IMG/VR virus record: IMGVR_UViG_2799112248_000007
Coordinates: 1-64,000 of that record
DNA from: a virus
Lineage: Duplodnaviria > Caudoviricetes
Strand: one strand, 5' to 3'
DNA: 64,000 nucleotides
The stretch's first letter is position 1. Every line of letters starts with the position of its first letter. Position numbers and translations under genes: made by a program. A model generated the notes under the pieces. That model was not told the origin of the DNA and searched no databases. It saw only the letters and a list, made by a program, of their open reading frames with translations. Below are positions 10,145-21,173 of this stretch, in pieces.

Positions 10145-13100
10145 CTAGTAAGCTCTTGCTCTTTCATCTTGAAGAATTAAGTCACCGTTTTTCTCAACAC
10201 CTAGTATTAAGTTTACAGTATGTTGAACCTCTTCACCTTTGACTTTGTAAGTTTTCAATACAAATTGTTCTTCTCTGCGGAAACCATTAAGCAACACTAG
10301 ATTGCCGCGAGTGAACCACGACTTCTCAATCACTTCTTTTTTCTCACCTTTTTTGCGTGAAATCTGTTTATCATAGTAAGCGAAATTTCCTGCATATGTT
10401 TTCACATTAACAACGCCATGAGGTGTTAAAACAGTAATTGTATGTCTTGTTTTGTTTCGGTCAAGTACAGTACCAACAATAGTAAAGACCTTCTGCTCAG
10501 GAATGGTTTTATCATTGAACTGCGAATATCCTACTACTACAGGTTTTTCATCAAGTTCGAAGAAGTTAACAATGTTGTATTTCTCCATATTCACATTCAT
10601 TAACTCATGATCATTCTCATAATATGAGATAGAATCCATTTCCCATTTAGATACTGAGCCTTTAGCTGTTTTGTACCACTCTCTCTTAAACATGGCTTCA
10701 TTATAAAGTTTGATAAACTCTTTCGTAGTTATTAGCTCTTTGAAAGGCTTTATCTTTTCATTATACTCTTTAGTGAATTGTTTCTCCGAAATCTCAAGAG
10801 TAACATAATTATATCCACAGATAGAACTACCGTCAAATGTTTTCTCATAAAATTGCTTGGCACTTTCATCTAGCCCTAGAATCTTATCTTTAGAAAACCC
10901 TGTTTTACTGCATTTGTTTGGTGCTTCTTCCACTCGAACTACACTCTTTGAGATATATTCTTTAAAGTTGAATAGCTCTTTATAGATATGCAAATCAGGA
11001 TTATCTAACAATCCTAAATCAATGATAGATTTCATGTTTTGCATATTCAAGCTCTCTTTTATGCCGATTTCTTTTAATAAAAAATCTCTCATAATATCTC
11101 TTGGTTGACCAAACTCATTAAATGCACCTGCTTTAATGAGCTGTGTAACGTGTTTCTTTTGTACCAGCTTTCCAACATACATACGCTCGTAAAAGTCGTC
11201 AAATGAAGCGTAAGGCCGATTAGCAATGATTGTGTGAGCTATTTCATCACCGATTCCTACAATACCTTTAAACGAGAAGATAATACGCTCGTTTACAATA
11301 TCAGGTACAAAGCCGAACTCAGCTCGATTGATTAATGGTTGTGATACATTAACACCGCGACCTTTCATCTTTCCTATGGCTTCTGCTACTTTACCATAGT
11401 TGGTTGACTTCTGTTTTGCCTCTTCTTCCACCTCCAAAGAGCCTGAGTTAACTGTTAGGCACGCTGTTTGCCAATACAGAGGATTGTAGTAGTAGCATAG
11501 ATTCGCTTCAACCATAGCTATCAGAGTATACGCTAGAGTGTGAGGAATCGAAAAAGCGTAACCTAACATTCGGGAAATCTGTAACCATAGATACTCGATT
11601 ACTTCATCACGGGTTCCACGTTCTCTCCCCCATAAGAATAGCTTTTGTTTTACTTCTTCCTGTACATCTGCCTTTTTCTTGGCAATACTTTTACGAAGGT
11701 AGTTAGCTTCTTTAACAGTGAATCCTGCTATGTTTTCATCCATAGCCATAAGCATTACTGCTTCTTGTGTATCAGCTACACCGTTTAAGGCTTTTAGGTA
11801 CTTCTCAAAAATAGCGACTTCTTCATCAGTTAAACCATATTGGTGCATTTCTTCATACCAAAGATTAATATCATTCTTGTATCGTATGAATGTATCAATT
11901 GGTTGTTCTTCGCCATCTGACATAAGTCGCATGATAGAATTCAATGATACAAGCTCAATAAGGTTTTTAGGTTGAGCTTTCTTGATAACAGCCTGACCTA
12001 ATTGAGTTGAAAACTGGAATAAGTCAATTATCTTATCTTCACCAATCATCTTAAATAACTCAGGGTTAGTCTTATCAATAATTTCAGGATGGAAGTATTT
12101 CTCGAATGTTTTTCGAAGTGTTCCTTGCCACTCAATTTCTCCATATTTTAACAAGAGTTCCATACACTCTTGAATCTTATCATTACCCTCAATTGTAAGA
12201 ATATCGAACTTGATAGCTCCACATGCCTGACTATCATCTAAGTTAAACTGTGTGATAGGTGTTCCATTTGGTGCTTTCATCATTGCGTTCATCTTGGTGT
12301 ATTCTTCATTTAGAACTAGTACACCACCTGCATGGATTGAGCGTTTGTTGATTAATCCCTCAACCTTTAAAGCTGTTTCTCGTAGTCGTGGATACATGTC
12401 GATTTCATCAATAAGTTGTTTGATAAGTTTTCTACCTTTTTCTTCATTACCATATAGACAATCTTTCAGTGACCACATATCGCCACGTTCTACAGGAATA
12501 AGTGAAGCAATATATAAACCTACATCACTATCAATACCTAAACCACGACAGGATGTTTGAACCGCAGATTTTGCTTTCTCAGTACCGAAAGTACATACTT
12601 GAATAACTTTTTTCTTACCAAAGAAATCTCTCATTCGGTCAAAGAGGAAGCCTTTTTTAGTTGAGGATACATCAATATCAATATCCAACGCTGAAATATC
12701 AGGTTTAGACTTATGTAAGTGTCGCCAATGGGGAACTTCAATACCATAAAGCAATGGGTTTACTTGAGTAACGTCAGTTAAGTAGTTGATTAAAAAGGCT
12801 ACAGCAGAACCTCGCCCTGCACCCACAATTGAACCTTCTTCTCGTGAAGCGTCACCGCAATCGTCACCCCAAATTATCTCAATGATTTTAGCAACTGTAA
12901 CATAATAACTGGCCATTGATTGATTTAGGATTATTGACATTTCCCACAGTTCTTCTAGCTCTATATTTATTCGAGCCATTACTTTATGAAATGCTTCTTT
13001 TGACATTCCACGATAAGGAATTTTCTTTTTGAAGCCCTTCTCGATTAAATGAATCAAGTATCTATCTTGTTCATTATCAGAGAGTGCCATTTTCTCAATG

Positions 13101-14182
13101 TAGCCATATTTCTTATAGCCACCTTTAAATAGGTGAGTCACCTCAAACTCAGGTAACTTAGCAACAGGAATGATAGTGTCACCCTCAATTGTATAGTCGC
13201 AAATCATTTTTCCTATAGCCATTGTATTTTTCAAAGCTTCTTTGACAACATCTTTGTCTAAATAGCTCATTTTCGCATAAATCTCACTAACCTTGTGCAA
13301 GTAAGTGTGAGCATAAAATGAATCAGTCTCACGTTTATCTTGCTTAGAGTTTAGGTATGCTTCATGAATTGGTCTGTCCTCAGGTCTTAGATAGTGAGCG
13401 TCATTGGTGATAATTAGTTTTAAACCATATTTTTGCGCTAACTTGATAAGTACTTTGTTTACTGTTAATTGCTCATAATCAGCACTAGGTTGTAGTTCAA
13501 GATAAAAGTTATCTTTACCATGTAGCTCAATGTTCCACTCAATAAACGATATTAACCTTTTTATATTATATTGTTTCTTTTGTTCATCTCCTTCTAAACG
13601 TGCCTTATCAGCTTCTAGGATATAGATAGAGCTTTCAGAGCTCAAGCAAGCAGTCGTAGCAATCAGTGTATCCGGGAACTGTTTTACAATCGCTTCTAGG
13701 TCTTTTTTGACTGTTGGTACACGCTCCATTGTACCAGTGTAAAATGAGTTCTCCCATGCTTTTGAGGATAAAATACGGAGAGCTTCATGACCTTCTTTGT
13801 TCTTAGCTAAGAGTAGATAGTGAGGGAACTTTGTTATACCTGATTGGTAGTTATCTCTAACTTCTTCTAAGCTGTCAACAAGGTATATCTCGTTGCCTAG
13901 AATCAATTTAAAGTCTTTCCCTATCTTACCCGTTTTCTTTAGCTCACGAACCGTCTGAATAGCTTTTACATGTGCTGATAGGGCTTCGTGGTCAGTAATG
14001 GCCAAACCTTTAAGACCAATATCCCACGCTGTCTGAATAAGGTCCTTAACAGAGTTGATACTATCTAATAATCGTATGTTACTAACATCTGTATGTGCGT
14101 GAAGCTCTATACGACAAGTACATTCACCTTCACATGTACATATCCAAACGTCTCTTTTGTGTAGTTCACAAGTTTTGCACAT
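10145..14182 (-). CDS. dnaE: DNA polymerase III alpha subunit (YorL-like)
   Basis: PHP motifs LHAHTD, AITDH, NDAHY; GRGSA; DIDID; SIHAGG; KFDIL; start moved to ATG 14182 behind a GGAG RBS. Confidence 0.95.
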   Translation of the reverse strand: MCKTCELHKRDVWICTCEGECTCRIELHAHTDVSNIRLLDSINSVKDLIQTAWDIGLKGLAITDHEALSAHVKAIQTVRELKKTGKIGKDFKLILGNEIYLVDSLEEVRDNYQSGITKFPHYLLLAKNKEGHEALRILSSKAWENSFYTGTMERVPTVKKDLEAIVKQFPDTLIATTACLSSESSIYILEADKARLEGDEQKKQYNIKRLISFIEWNIELHGKDNFYLELQPSADYEQLTVNKVLIKLAQKYGLKLIITNDAHYLRPEDRPIHEAYLNSKQDKRETDSFYAHTYLHKVSEIYAKMSYLDKDVVKEALKNTMAIGKMICDYTIEGDTIIPVAKLPEFEVTHLFKGGYKKYGYIEKMALSDNEQDRYLIHLIEKGFKKKIPYRGMSKEAFHKVMARINIELEELWEMSIILNQSMASYYVTVAKIIEIIWGDDCGDASREEGSIVGAGRGSAVAFLINYLTDVTQVNPLLYGIEVPHWRHLHKSKPDISALDIDIDVSSTKKGFLFDRMRDFFGKKKVIQVCTFGTEKAKSAVQTSCRGLGIDSDVGLYIASLIPVERGDMWSLKDCLYGNEEKGRKLIKQLIDEIDMYPRLRETALKVEGLINKRSIHAGGVLVLNEEYTKMNAMMKAPNGTPITQFNLDDSQACGAIKFDILTIEGNDKIQECMELLLKYGEIEWQGTLRKTFEKYFHPEIIDKTNPELFKMIGEDKIIDLFQFSTQLGQAVIKKAQPKNLIELVSLNSIMRLMSDGEEQPIDTFIRYKNDINLWYEEMHQYGLTDEEVAIFEKYLKALNGVADTQEAVMLMAMDENIAGFTVKEANYLRKSIAKKKADVQEEVKQKLFLWGRERGTRDEVIEYLWLQISRMLGYAFSIPHTLAYTLIAMVEANLCYYYNPLYWQTACLTVNSGSLEVEEEAKQKSTNYGKVAEAIGKMKGRGVNVSQPLINRAEFGFVPDIVNERIIFSFKGIVGIGDEIAHTIIANRPYASFDDFYERMYVGKLVQKKHVTQLIKAGAFNEFGQPRDIMRDFLLKEIGIKESLNMQNMKSIIDLGLLDNPDLHIYKELFNFKEYISKSVVRVEEAPNKCSKTGFSKDKILGLDESAKQFYEKTFDGSSICGYNYVTLEISEKQFTKEYNEKIKPFKELITTKEFIKLYNEAMFKREWYKTAKGSVSKWEMDSISYYENDHELMNVNMEKYNIVNFFELDEKPVVVGYSQFNDKTIPEQKVFTIVGTVLDRNKTRHTITVLTPHGVVNVKTYAGNFAYYDKQISRKKGEKKEVIEKSWFTRGNLVLLNGFRREEQFVLKTYKVKGEEVQHTVNLILGVEKNGDLILQDERARAY

Positions 14183-14451
14183 TTCATCTTCTCCAATCAA
14201 TATCAATAAAAATAGCTATAGCATTACGCTACTTTTTGTGTTTTATATAAGATCAAGCTTTCTTCGCACAATCTCGAAAATCATTCCAACCGCTTTTGAT
14301 ATTTCAGTGATGTTTTTTGATTAAAGTAATACATGTCTTTAATGTAATTTACTGAATCTTCCGACTGTTAAATCCAGCCACAGACAACACCATTTACAAT
14401 GTCCTCTTGCAACCAATCAGGCTAAGGCAATATTTCATTTGCTAAAATTTA

Positions 14452-14649
14452 TTAGTGTCTAAAACTTACTTTTCCCCTATATTTTTCGAGCCAATCCCAA
14501 AACTTATCTTGTTCAACATCAAAACTATAGTCATTGTATGCAGTTGCAATTCCATGTTTCTTAAATTTTTTTGCAGGTAGTCCATTTATCCAACATCTTA
14601 TAACGCTTACCTCAGCTCCTATGATTTCGGCAAACTCTTTGGTTGTCAT
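14452..14649 (-). CDS. Small HTH protein or a fragment of a decayed larger gene
   Basis: TTKEFAEIIGAEVSVIRCWI is HTH-like; upstream DNA looks degraded. Confidence 0.4.
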   Translation of the reverse strand: MTTKEFAEIIGAEVSVIRCWINGLPAKKFKKHGIATAYNDYSFDVEQDKFWDWLEKYRGKVSFRH

Positions 14650-15031
14650 TAATCCTTGAGCAAGCCTAGGATCTTCACTTCCTAATAGTTTAGTTGCAGA
14701 ACATTTAATAGCTTCAACACTTCTACGTAAATATTCGGCATCCCATAATTGGTTTTAATCTAATCAAAATAAGAATCTTATCTTTATGTATTTTATTTGT
14801 CGTTTCCATCTCTTTCATGACACTAATTCACTCATTAATAAAGCAATTTCTAACATGTATTGCATCACGATTCTTTTGACTAAATATCCTACTTGCTTAC
14901 AGAGAATTTTTTTAGTAATAAATTCATTTTTTTTTGACCATACATTTTGTAAATTGTATTTGCTCTTGTTGCTCTCTTATTCCCCCACACATTTATAATG
15001 TATATAATATTGTTATTTTTGTAAATAAAAA

Positions 15032-15049
15032 GAGTAGGTTTTCCTACTC
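15032..15049 (-). terminator. Rho-independent terminator
   Basis: GAGTAGG-TTTT-CCTACTC with an A-run on its left (U-run on minus). Confidence 0.6.
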
Positions 15050-15569
15050 AATTTAAAGATTTTAAACAGTTTTTTGAAAGGCAACGATAAAAGTTTTACA
15101 ATATCTGAGAACCAATCATTTTTCACTTTTCTTATTCTTCTTTACGTGTATAGCTTTCTTCTTATTCTTCCAAAATCTCATTTGAATACTCATCTATATG
15201 ATTAATTTTACAACCTATAAATTCTTCATGTAATGACACTCTATTTCAACATCTTTTAGTAGTAATCCTATATTTTGTGAAAAATCAGATTTTTCCACAT
15301 TCACTACGATTGGGTCTTTACAATAGATGAAGCCTTTTAGAACATCAGCTTGACCCCCATCACGAAAGACTCATATCTTTATAGACCTCAATCTCACAGA
15401 TAAATTTACCTATAATCATGTTAGCTTTCTCCTGTGATTCTTCTGACCATCCATCTAGTATAATTTTACTTACCATGTATGTAAATCATCTTTCATTTCA
15501 CTTATAAAACTTGCTATTATAATTCTTAAGAACATCGTAAAAATAATAAATAATTCAATTTTGTCATTT

Positions 15570-17354
15570 TTACCAATTGAATAAATCATCTACATTGACT
15601 TCTTCAAATAGCGTAAATTTTGCTTTTTCGCCTATTGCCATATCTTCAATTAGGAACTGCGGTGTGCTTTTTCCTAAGAAATGGTTCATGCTCAAGCTTC
15701 CAACAATTGTTAGTTTAACGATATGACCGTCTTCCATCAGGTCAAGTAAGCGTCTATCGCCTGTGAATTGTAGAAACTTGATATTGTTGTGATACCACTC
15801 AATCATGTTTGAGCTTGAAGACTTTTTAATCCTGTTTGTATCTACTTCAATATCAATTGCAAACAATGGCTTGCTTACTCCCTTGCCCCAAAGGTACTCA
15901 TGCTCATAAACTTTATCAACTAGCTCAGTAGTTAATTGACCATCTTCTAAATAGAAATCAACATCAATCTTCTGCTCACCTGTTAGATTTTGTTCCTCTA
16001 AAGCATTATTAATGGCACCATTCAAACTTAATAATGAATCTTTTGAAATCTTAAATCCACAAGCATTTTGGTGTCCACCTAGATAATCAAACAATTTCAA
16101 CTCCTCTAGGAAGTCCTTAGTGTTCTTCATAGTGCCATCATAACCACGTAGAGATCCTGAAAAGCGCTCTATCTCGCTATCCCACACTAACATTAGGACA
16201 GGCTTTCTATACTCTCCTGCTAACGCTCCAGCAAGATAGCCACCTAAGTCTCGGTCAAATGATTCTTCTAGCTCAATCAATAGAAACGCATTTTCGTGAA
16301 GATTCTTTTCTACAATCTGCTCCTTGATTTTGACAACCCATTTTTCACGCATTGTCTTTTGACGCTTATAAGCGTTGACACATTGTCGAGTTACCTTTTG
16401 TGGTAGGGTCTCACTTTTTTTAGAGCGAGGATTCACTGTAGCTTGCTCAATACCTCTAAAAGCATTAAATAAGTCAACCTTTTCCTCGGGTTTCCCTACT
16501 CGGATAATACCGTTCATCTTAGGGATAACACCGAAAGCCAATGTGTGAGGATATACACGCTTAAAGTCACCAATCTGTTTTAAGATGATTTCCTTTAAGA
16601 ACCCATTTCGTATATCTTTTAGTCCTTCATACACTAAGTAGCGTGTCTCAGGGCTTGTTAAATCCATGCTGTCAGCGATATTGCCAAGCGCTACAAGGTC
16701 TAAATACTGCTCTGCTTCCATGTAGCCATATTCATCATCAAGTGCCTGTAAAAACTTGTATACGATTCCTACGCCTGATAAGGCCTTGTTAGGATAGTTA
16801 TCTGATAGTTGGTTGTTGACTACGAGAGCAAACTCTGATTCACCATTCTCAGCTTCGTGGTGGTCAAGGATTAGGATAGGTATTTCATGTTTTTCACTAA
16901 TGAGATACTGTTGTCTATAGTCGCTTGTTCCTGCGTCAGCTACGATTAATAAGTCAAGAGCTATTTCCTTATTCAACTCTACAACCTCTTTCACTTTATC
17001 CTCTGTAATACCATGTTGTTTACCTTCATGGAATAAGAAGATAAGTTCAATATGAGGGAATAGATTCTCGATATATGAAGCGAGAATAGCTGAACTTGTG
17101 TTTCCATCAATATCACTATCAATAATTAGTGCAACTCTTATCTTTCTCACTTCTACTCGCCCCCTGTTCTCAATCTCTTTGAACAGCGCTACAGCTTCCT
17201 TTATGTTGTGTAAGTTTGAGTAGTGGATTTCATCACTTGCTTTTGGTTCTAAGAACCGCTCTTTGTCTGTAATACCACGATTCCCTAGAATCACTTCAAG
17301 GAAATCATCCGTGACAATATTGGATGTGCTAATTAACCTGTACAACAAATTCAC
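15570..17354 (-). CDS. recJ: RecJ-like DHH ssDNA exonuclease (YorK-like)
   Basis: DSDIDG, ILDHH, LSGVG, ALGNIAD, GSLRG, GGHQNACG. Confidence 0.92.
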   Translation of the reverse strand: MNLLYRLISTSNIVTDDFLEVILGNRGITDKERFLEPKASDEIHYSNLHNIKEAVALFKEIENRGRVEVRKIRVALIIDSDIDGNTSSAILASYIENLFPHIELIFLFHEGKQHGITEDKVKEVVELNKEIALDLLIVADAGTSDYRQQYLISEKHEIPILILDHHEAENGESEFALVVNNQLSDNYPNKALSGVGIVYKFLQALDDEYGYMEAEQYLDLVALGNIADSMDLTSPETRYLVYEGLKDIRNGFLKEIILKQIGDFKRVYPHTLAFGVIPKMNGIIRVGKPEEKVDLFNAFRGIEQATVNPRSKKSETLPQKVTRQCVNAYKRQKTMREKWVVKIKEQIVEKNLHENAFLLIELEESFDRDLGGYLAGALAGEYRKPVLMLVWDSEIERFSGSLRGYDGTMKNTKDFLEELKLFDYLGGHQNACGFKISKDSLLSLNGAINNALEEQNLTGEQKIDVDFYLEDGQLTTELVDKVYEHEYLWGKGVSKPLFAIDIEVDTNRIKKSSSSNMIEWYHNNIKFLQFTGDRRLLDLMEDGHIVKLTIVGSLSMNHFLGKSTPQFLIEDMAIGEKAKFTLFEEVNVDDLFNW

Positions 17355-17363
17355 TCTCCGATA

Positions 17364-17382
17364 ATATAATTATATTACTTTT
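17364..17382 (-). promoter_or_regulatory. 19-bp motif, exact copy, immediately upstream of the recJ RBS
   Basis: The TATAAT core lies about 10 nt before the GGAG RBS. Confidence 0.8.
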
Positions 17383-17415
17383 AAACAATCTATGCTGTTT
17401 CTTATTTTCCTAAAT

Positions 17416-17559
17416 TTAAATTTTTATGTACCTAGCAAATTCATGCTTCATTTCTTTTTCAGATGTTAAGCTAGCTTTGATTTTAGTTTCTTCATTTAAG
17501 TAAGCAATCTGCATCGCAATTTCTATTGATTCTTCTAATATCTTAATTGCTCTTTCCAT
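17416..17559 (-). CDS. Small hypothetical protein (47 aa)
   Basis: Open frame MERAIKILEESIEIA.. directly after the primase, AAAGGA RBS. Confidence 0.4.
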   Translation of the reverse strand: MERAIKILEESIEIAMQIAYLNEETKIKASLTSEKEMKHEFARYIKI

Positions 17560-17566
17560 TGTGTTA

Positions 17567-18688
17567 TTATTCCTTTGTGTTAATAGTTGTTCTCATTTTG
17601 AATAACTCAACAAAAACCTCTTTACCTTTATCAGAAGGTGAGTCCTTTAAATCTAGCAGTTTCCACCTGTCCCATATCATACTTACCTTTGTGTAGCTAC
17701 TAAACATTGAGCAAAGTCGCTCTAGTTTTTCTTCATATATGTTAGCTTCTTGTGTGTTGAGAACTGTGAACTCTTTATCTAGCGCAATAATAACTTCCTG
17801 TACGCCCAAGTTAATTAGCATTTCTACCTGTTGTTTACTAATGCTACTGCCACAAAGAGCTACACTAAAGTTCTGATTAGGAAAGTAGGTTTCAAACTGC
17901 ATTACTGACTTCTCAGATTCAAAGATAACTACTTTTCGAATCTTTTTAATGAAGTCTTTGTTTTGATACAATCCATAGAGATTTTGGAATGTTGGGTAAG
18001 AATACTGTACATTCTGTATCTTTAGAGGAATGTATTTATATCCATTATCAATGTCCTCGAAGTTTAATGATCTAGTTTTAAGACCAATCAACTCCCCTGT
18101 GTCATGGCTTCTGTGAGGAATGACAATTCTATTTGATTTCTCATAATACATAATTTCATATTTTTTCATTGTTTTCTCACTGATATTGTCAGATAAGAAC
18201 AATGGGTGAGGTTTACTAGAAAACAATTTCAAAGTATATTCGCTATGTACTTTCATTTCAATATTGACAGGCTTTTTAACCATTAAACTATCAAGCCAAT
18301 CTAATTCTTCCCGTCTACTAACATAAGAATGACCAAAACCCTCAGGTCTAGTTATGTACTCATTTGTCTTTCCTAGAATTCTTAAAATCCAATTAATAGC
18401 ACCTGTCAGATTAATTTCCACGCCTTTTAAAGCATAGTTTTTAATTACTAGGTCAAATACATCAAAGTTACTACCGCAATCTGTATAACAACGAAAAATC
18501 ATATCATTAATGTAGTAGTATAACTTCATCTTTCCATCTGAAATGTTATGACAAATGGTGTTAGTTATAATGTGACCTTTTTCTAGGTGTGATTCAATGT
18601 GTTGAACCCCTAACTCTGTCAGAATTGTCTTGATTTCTTCAATTGTTAGTTCACTTTTTAACATATCTTTGTCATACATTTCAATCAC
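17567..18688 (-). CDS. DNA primase (YorJ-like)
   Basis: Zn finger TICHN..CYTDC; TOPRIM motifs FESEKS and ALDKE; adjacent to the helicase. Confidence 0.88.
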   Translation of the reverse strand: MIEMYDKDMLKSELTIEEIKTILTELGVQHIESHLEKGHIITNTICHNISDGKMKLYYYINDMIFRCYTDCGSNFDVFDLVIKNYALKGVEINLTGAINWILRILGKTNEYITRPEGFGHSYVSRREELDWLDSLMVKKPVNIEMKVHSEYTLKLFSSKPHPLFLSDNISEKTMKKYEIMYYEKSNRIVIPHRSHDTGELIGLKTRSLNFEDIDNGYKYIPLKIQNVQYSYPTFQNLYGLYQNKDFIKKIRKVVIFESEKSVMQFETYFPNQNFSVALCGSSISKQQVEMLINLGVQEVIIALDKEFTVLNTQEANIYEEKLERLCSMFSSYTKVSMIWDRWKLLDLKDSPSDKGKEVFVELFKMRTTINTKE

Positions 18689-20353
18689 CTAGTCCCCAAA
18701 TAAATCTCCAATGCTACCTTCATCTTGATAGCTATTAGTTTCTTTTATGATAGCCATGATATCTTTTTCATCTTCTGCATAGATGTTAAAAACACTTGTT
18801 TCTTTATTTTCATCATCTTCTAGGAACTGTTCAACCAAAGTTGGTGTAATATCAGAGATAACCTCACCTTTATAGTTAGTTACAAATAAGTCAGTCATTC
18901 GTAAAGTGCCTAAATTAAAATGTACCCAAATGCGAATTAACTTCCACTTGTTACCACGATTCTTATAGATGTTGATTGTGTGAGTAGGTTGCAAATGGAA
19001 ACCTAAGTTAGCAGTCTTTTTAATTTCATCAAACAACGCCTCATCTTGAGTTGTAAGAGGGATTTGAATTGCCCCTAAGTCAAGTTTGTTGACTATAGAT
19101 TTAGAGCCCTCTAATGCCGATTGATCTAATGCACCTTGTTTCCATGTGTCATTAAGCTGAGTAGATGTACCAATCCAAACATTGTAGCGATTACAGATGT
19201 TCTTTAATCGTATTGACATGATACGCAATACTTGGTGCTCTTGAAGATTACGTGCACCTTGTTTTGCTAGGCTATCAAACATCTTTAATGTTGAATGCAT
19301 ATAGTCAAAACCAATATATTGTACACCATTTTTGTTTACATGTTTCTCGATTTCATGTTCAATATCATCATCATCAAAGTCAAATAATTCTTCGAACCAT
19401 ACAGGTGTTTGTTCTAAAACTTTGAAAGCGTGTTTTAAACGCTTAATTTCTTCGTCCGTTAGGTCATTGTTATGAACCTTATCTTCTTCAACATCAGCAA
19501 TGAAACATACCGCAGGAATCTTAATTTCTTCTTCCTCTAACTCAGTTGAGATAAATAGTCCACGCCCTTTGTTGTTGGTTTTAACCCACTTACCATCAGT
19601 ATAAATATCAGTTACACACATATTTAAGATGTGGGCTAATAGCGAACGAGTTTTACCCGAACCTGAGTTACCTGAAATACAGTAAAGCTTTCGCAATCGT
19701 GCGCCACGAGAAGCTGTGTTAAGGTAGCCACTTGTTAAGTTAGCGCCATAGCTTAGAGCTAGTGTTTTCTTGAAAAAAATTTCTCGAATGTTCTCGGATA
19801 AGTGACTGCCGATACCTTCTTTTTCAATCATAAATTCAGACTTAATATCAATGATTTTGCTGTCTATGTGTTTCACTATGTCAACTACAGTCAATTTATT
19901 GAAGCGTTCTGACTGTTCTTCTTCATCTTTAAGCTCAAAAACATCAACATCATAAATGTCTGAAATATCAATACCAACCTCAGTATAGTGTCTAAGCAAT
20001 GAAAACTTTTTAACTCTGTTATAGTGATAATCGAAGTTATCAGGCTCATTTAGTTCCATCACTCTGTCAACATATTCGTCACCGCCATTGTCCTTATATA
20101 TTCTGTGTTGGTTAGTAAATCCTTTTAGTAAATAGGAGTTAATCTCAAATTTTCCAATCTTTGATACACCTTCACGATAAAGCTCATTTATTGTTGTGAA
20201 TAAAATCTTATGAAATCTCTCAGGGAAATCATTCGGTGTTAGCTTATATCCACTAGATAAACTCAACACTTCATCAGGTTCATTCAGAAGTCTAGCGAAT
20301 ATTGGAATATAAGCAAATTTATCTTGTAGAGCTAAGAGTGTTTTATTACTCAT
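18689..20353 (-). CDS. dnaB: DnaB-like replicative helicase (YorI-like)
   Basis: Walker A GNSGSGKT, FISTE, FDYM, STQLN, YKNRG. Confidence 0.9.
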   Translation of the reverse strand: MSNKTLLALQDKFAYIPIFARLLNEPDEVLSLSSGYKLTPNDFPERFHKILFTTINELYREGVSKIGKFEINSYLLKGFTNQHRIYKDNGGDEYVDRVMELNEPDNFDYHYNRVKKFSLLRHYTEVGIDISDIYDVDVFELKDEEEQSERFNKLTVVDIVKHIDSKIIDIKSEFMIEKEGIGSHLSENIREIFFKKTLALSYGANLTSGYLNTASRGARLRKLYCISGNSGSGKTRSLLAHILNMCVTDIYTDGKWVKTNNKGRGLFISTELEEEEIKIPAVCFIADVEEDKVHNNDLTDEEIKRLKHAFKVLEQTPVWFEELFDFDDDDIEHEIEKHVNKNGVQYIGFDYMHSTLKMFDSLAKQGARNLQEHQVLRIMSIRLKNICNRYNVWIGTSTQLNDTWKQGALDQSALEGSKSIVNKLDLGAIQIPLTTQDEALFDEIKKTANLGFHLQPTHTINIYKNRGNKWKLIRIWVHFNLGTLRMTDLFVTNYKGEVISDITPTLVEQFLEDDENKETSVFNIYAEDEKDIMAIIKETNSYQDEGSIGDLFGD

Positions 20354-20365
20354 TTCCCATTCTCC

Positions 20366-21097
20366 TTACATACTGCTTAAATCATAGCGACTTATTCTAT
20401 TTGCCTTAATAGGGGCAACAGCTTTGATTTTTACTGTTTTGTTATTTATAGTGACGTTGTTAGCTGAGTTTCCTGCTTGTCTTAGTTTTTGGTGATAGCT
20501 CTTGGCTTTCTCGAAATAGAAAGGTATAAGACCTAATCCTACACCCTCTTTAGTAGGAACTTTTTCAACATCAAACATATACTTTAATGTCACTAGCATT
20601 GCTTTGTATGAGTAACCTCGTTTATTGTGATAATCAGTTATTTGCTTTAACATAAAGCCTGTGGGAAACTCAACATTGTATTTCAATGCAATATAATCAA
20701 GTAGTTCCTCTCGGTTTTTCTTTTGTCTTTGTATGCTCTCATAGCAAGCTTTGTGATAAGTTGCTGTGCCAGTATCAAGAGCGTCTACGTCAAGGGGATT
20801 GACCTTCTCTTTACACTTAGGACAGGTTCTCACCCTAACCTTCACTTCAAACTTCTCACTAGATTGGTGATATTGCTCTAAGCAACTTTGATGGACTGTT
20901 AAGCTACCACGCTTCACAATATCCTTTTCGCTTTCGAACTCTCTATTACAGAAATTACATGTCTTCTTTACCTTATGTCCCTTTTCTGATTCACAGGCAA
21001 CATGGAAATAACCACTACTCTTTTTGATAAAACTAGATACATCATTCTTGTTGATTTCTTCTTTGCAAATTTTGCACTTTGGTAATGCTCTTGCCAT
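20366..21097 (-). CDS. YorH-like Zn-finger replication accessory protein (putative helicase loader)
   Basis: Three CxxC..HxxC units; C-terminal GYSYKAMLVTLKY..GLGLIPFYF; synteny. Confidence 0.7.
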   Translation of the reverse strand: MARALPKCKICKEEINKNDVSSFIKKSSGYFHVACESEKGHKVKKTCNFCNREFESEKDIVKRGSLTVHQSCLEQYHQSSEKFEVKVRVRTCPKCKEKVNPLDVDALDTGTATYHKACYESIQRQKKNREELLDYIALKYNVEFPTGFMLKQITDYHNKRGYSYKAMLVTLKYMFDVEKVPTKEGVGLGLIPFYFEKAKSYHQKLRQAGNSANNVTINNKTVKIKAVAPIKANRISRYDLSSM

Positions 21098-21173
21098 AAC
21101 TTACCACCCTTTTCAAGTGACAATAGAGAGTGCTATCTCCAACACTCCCCACCTACATACCATTACGCTATTT

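Noticed and set aside
2533-14206. Introns or inteins in nrdE, nrdF or dnaE as in SPbeta
   Set aside because: The ORFs are continuous and of normal length, with no splice-junction or homing-endonuclease motifs
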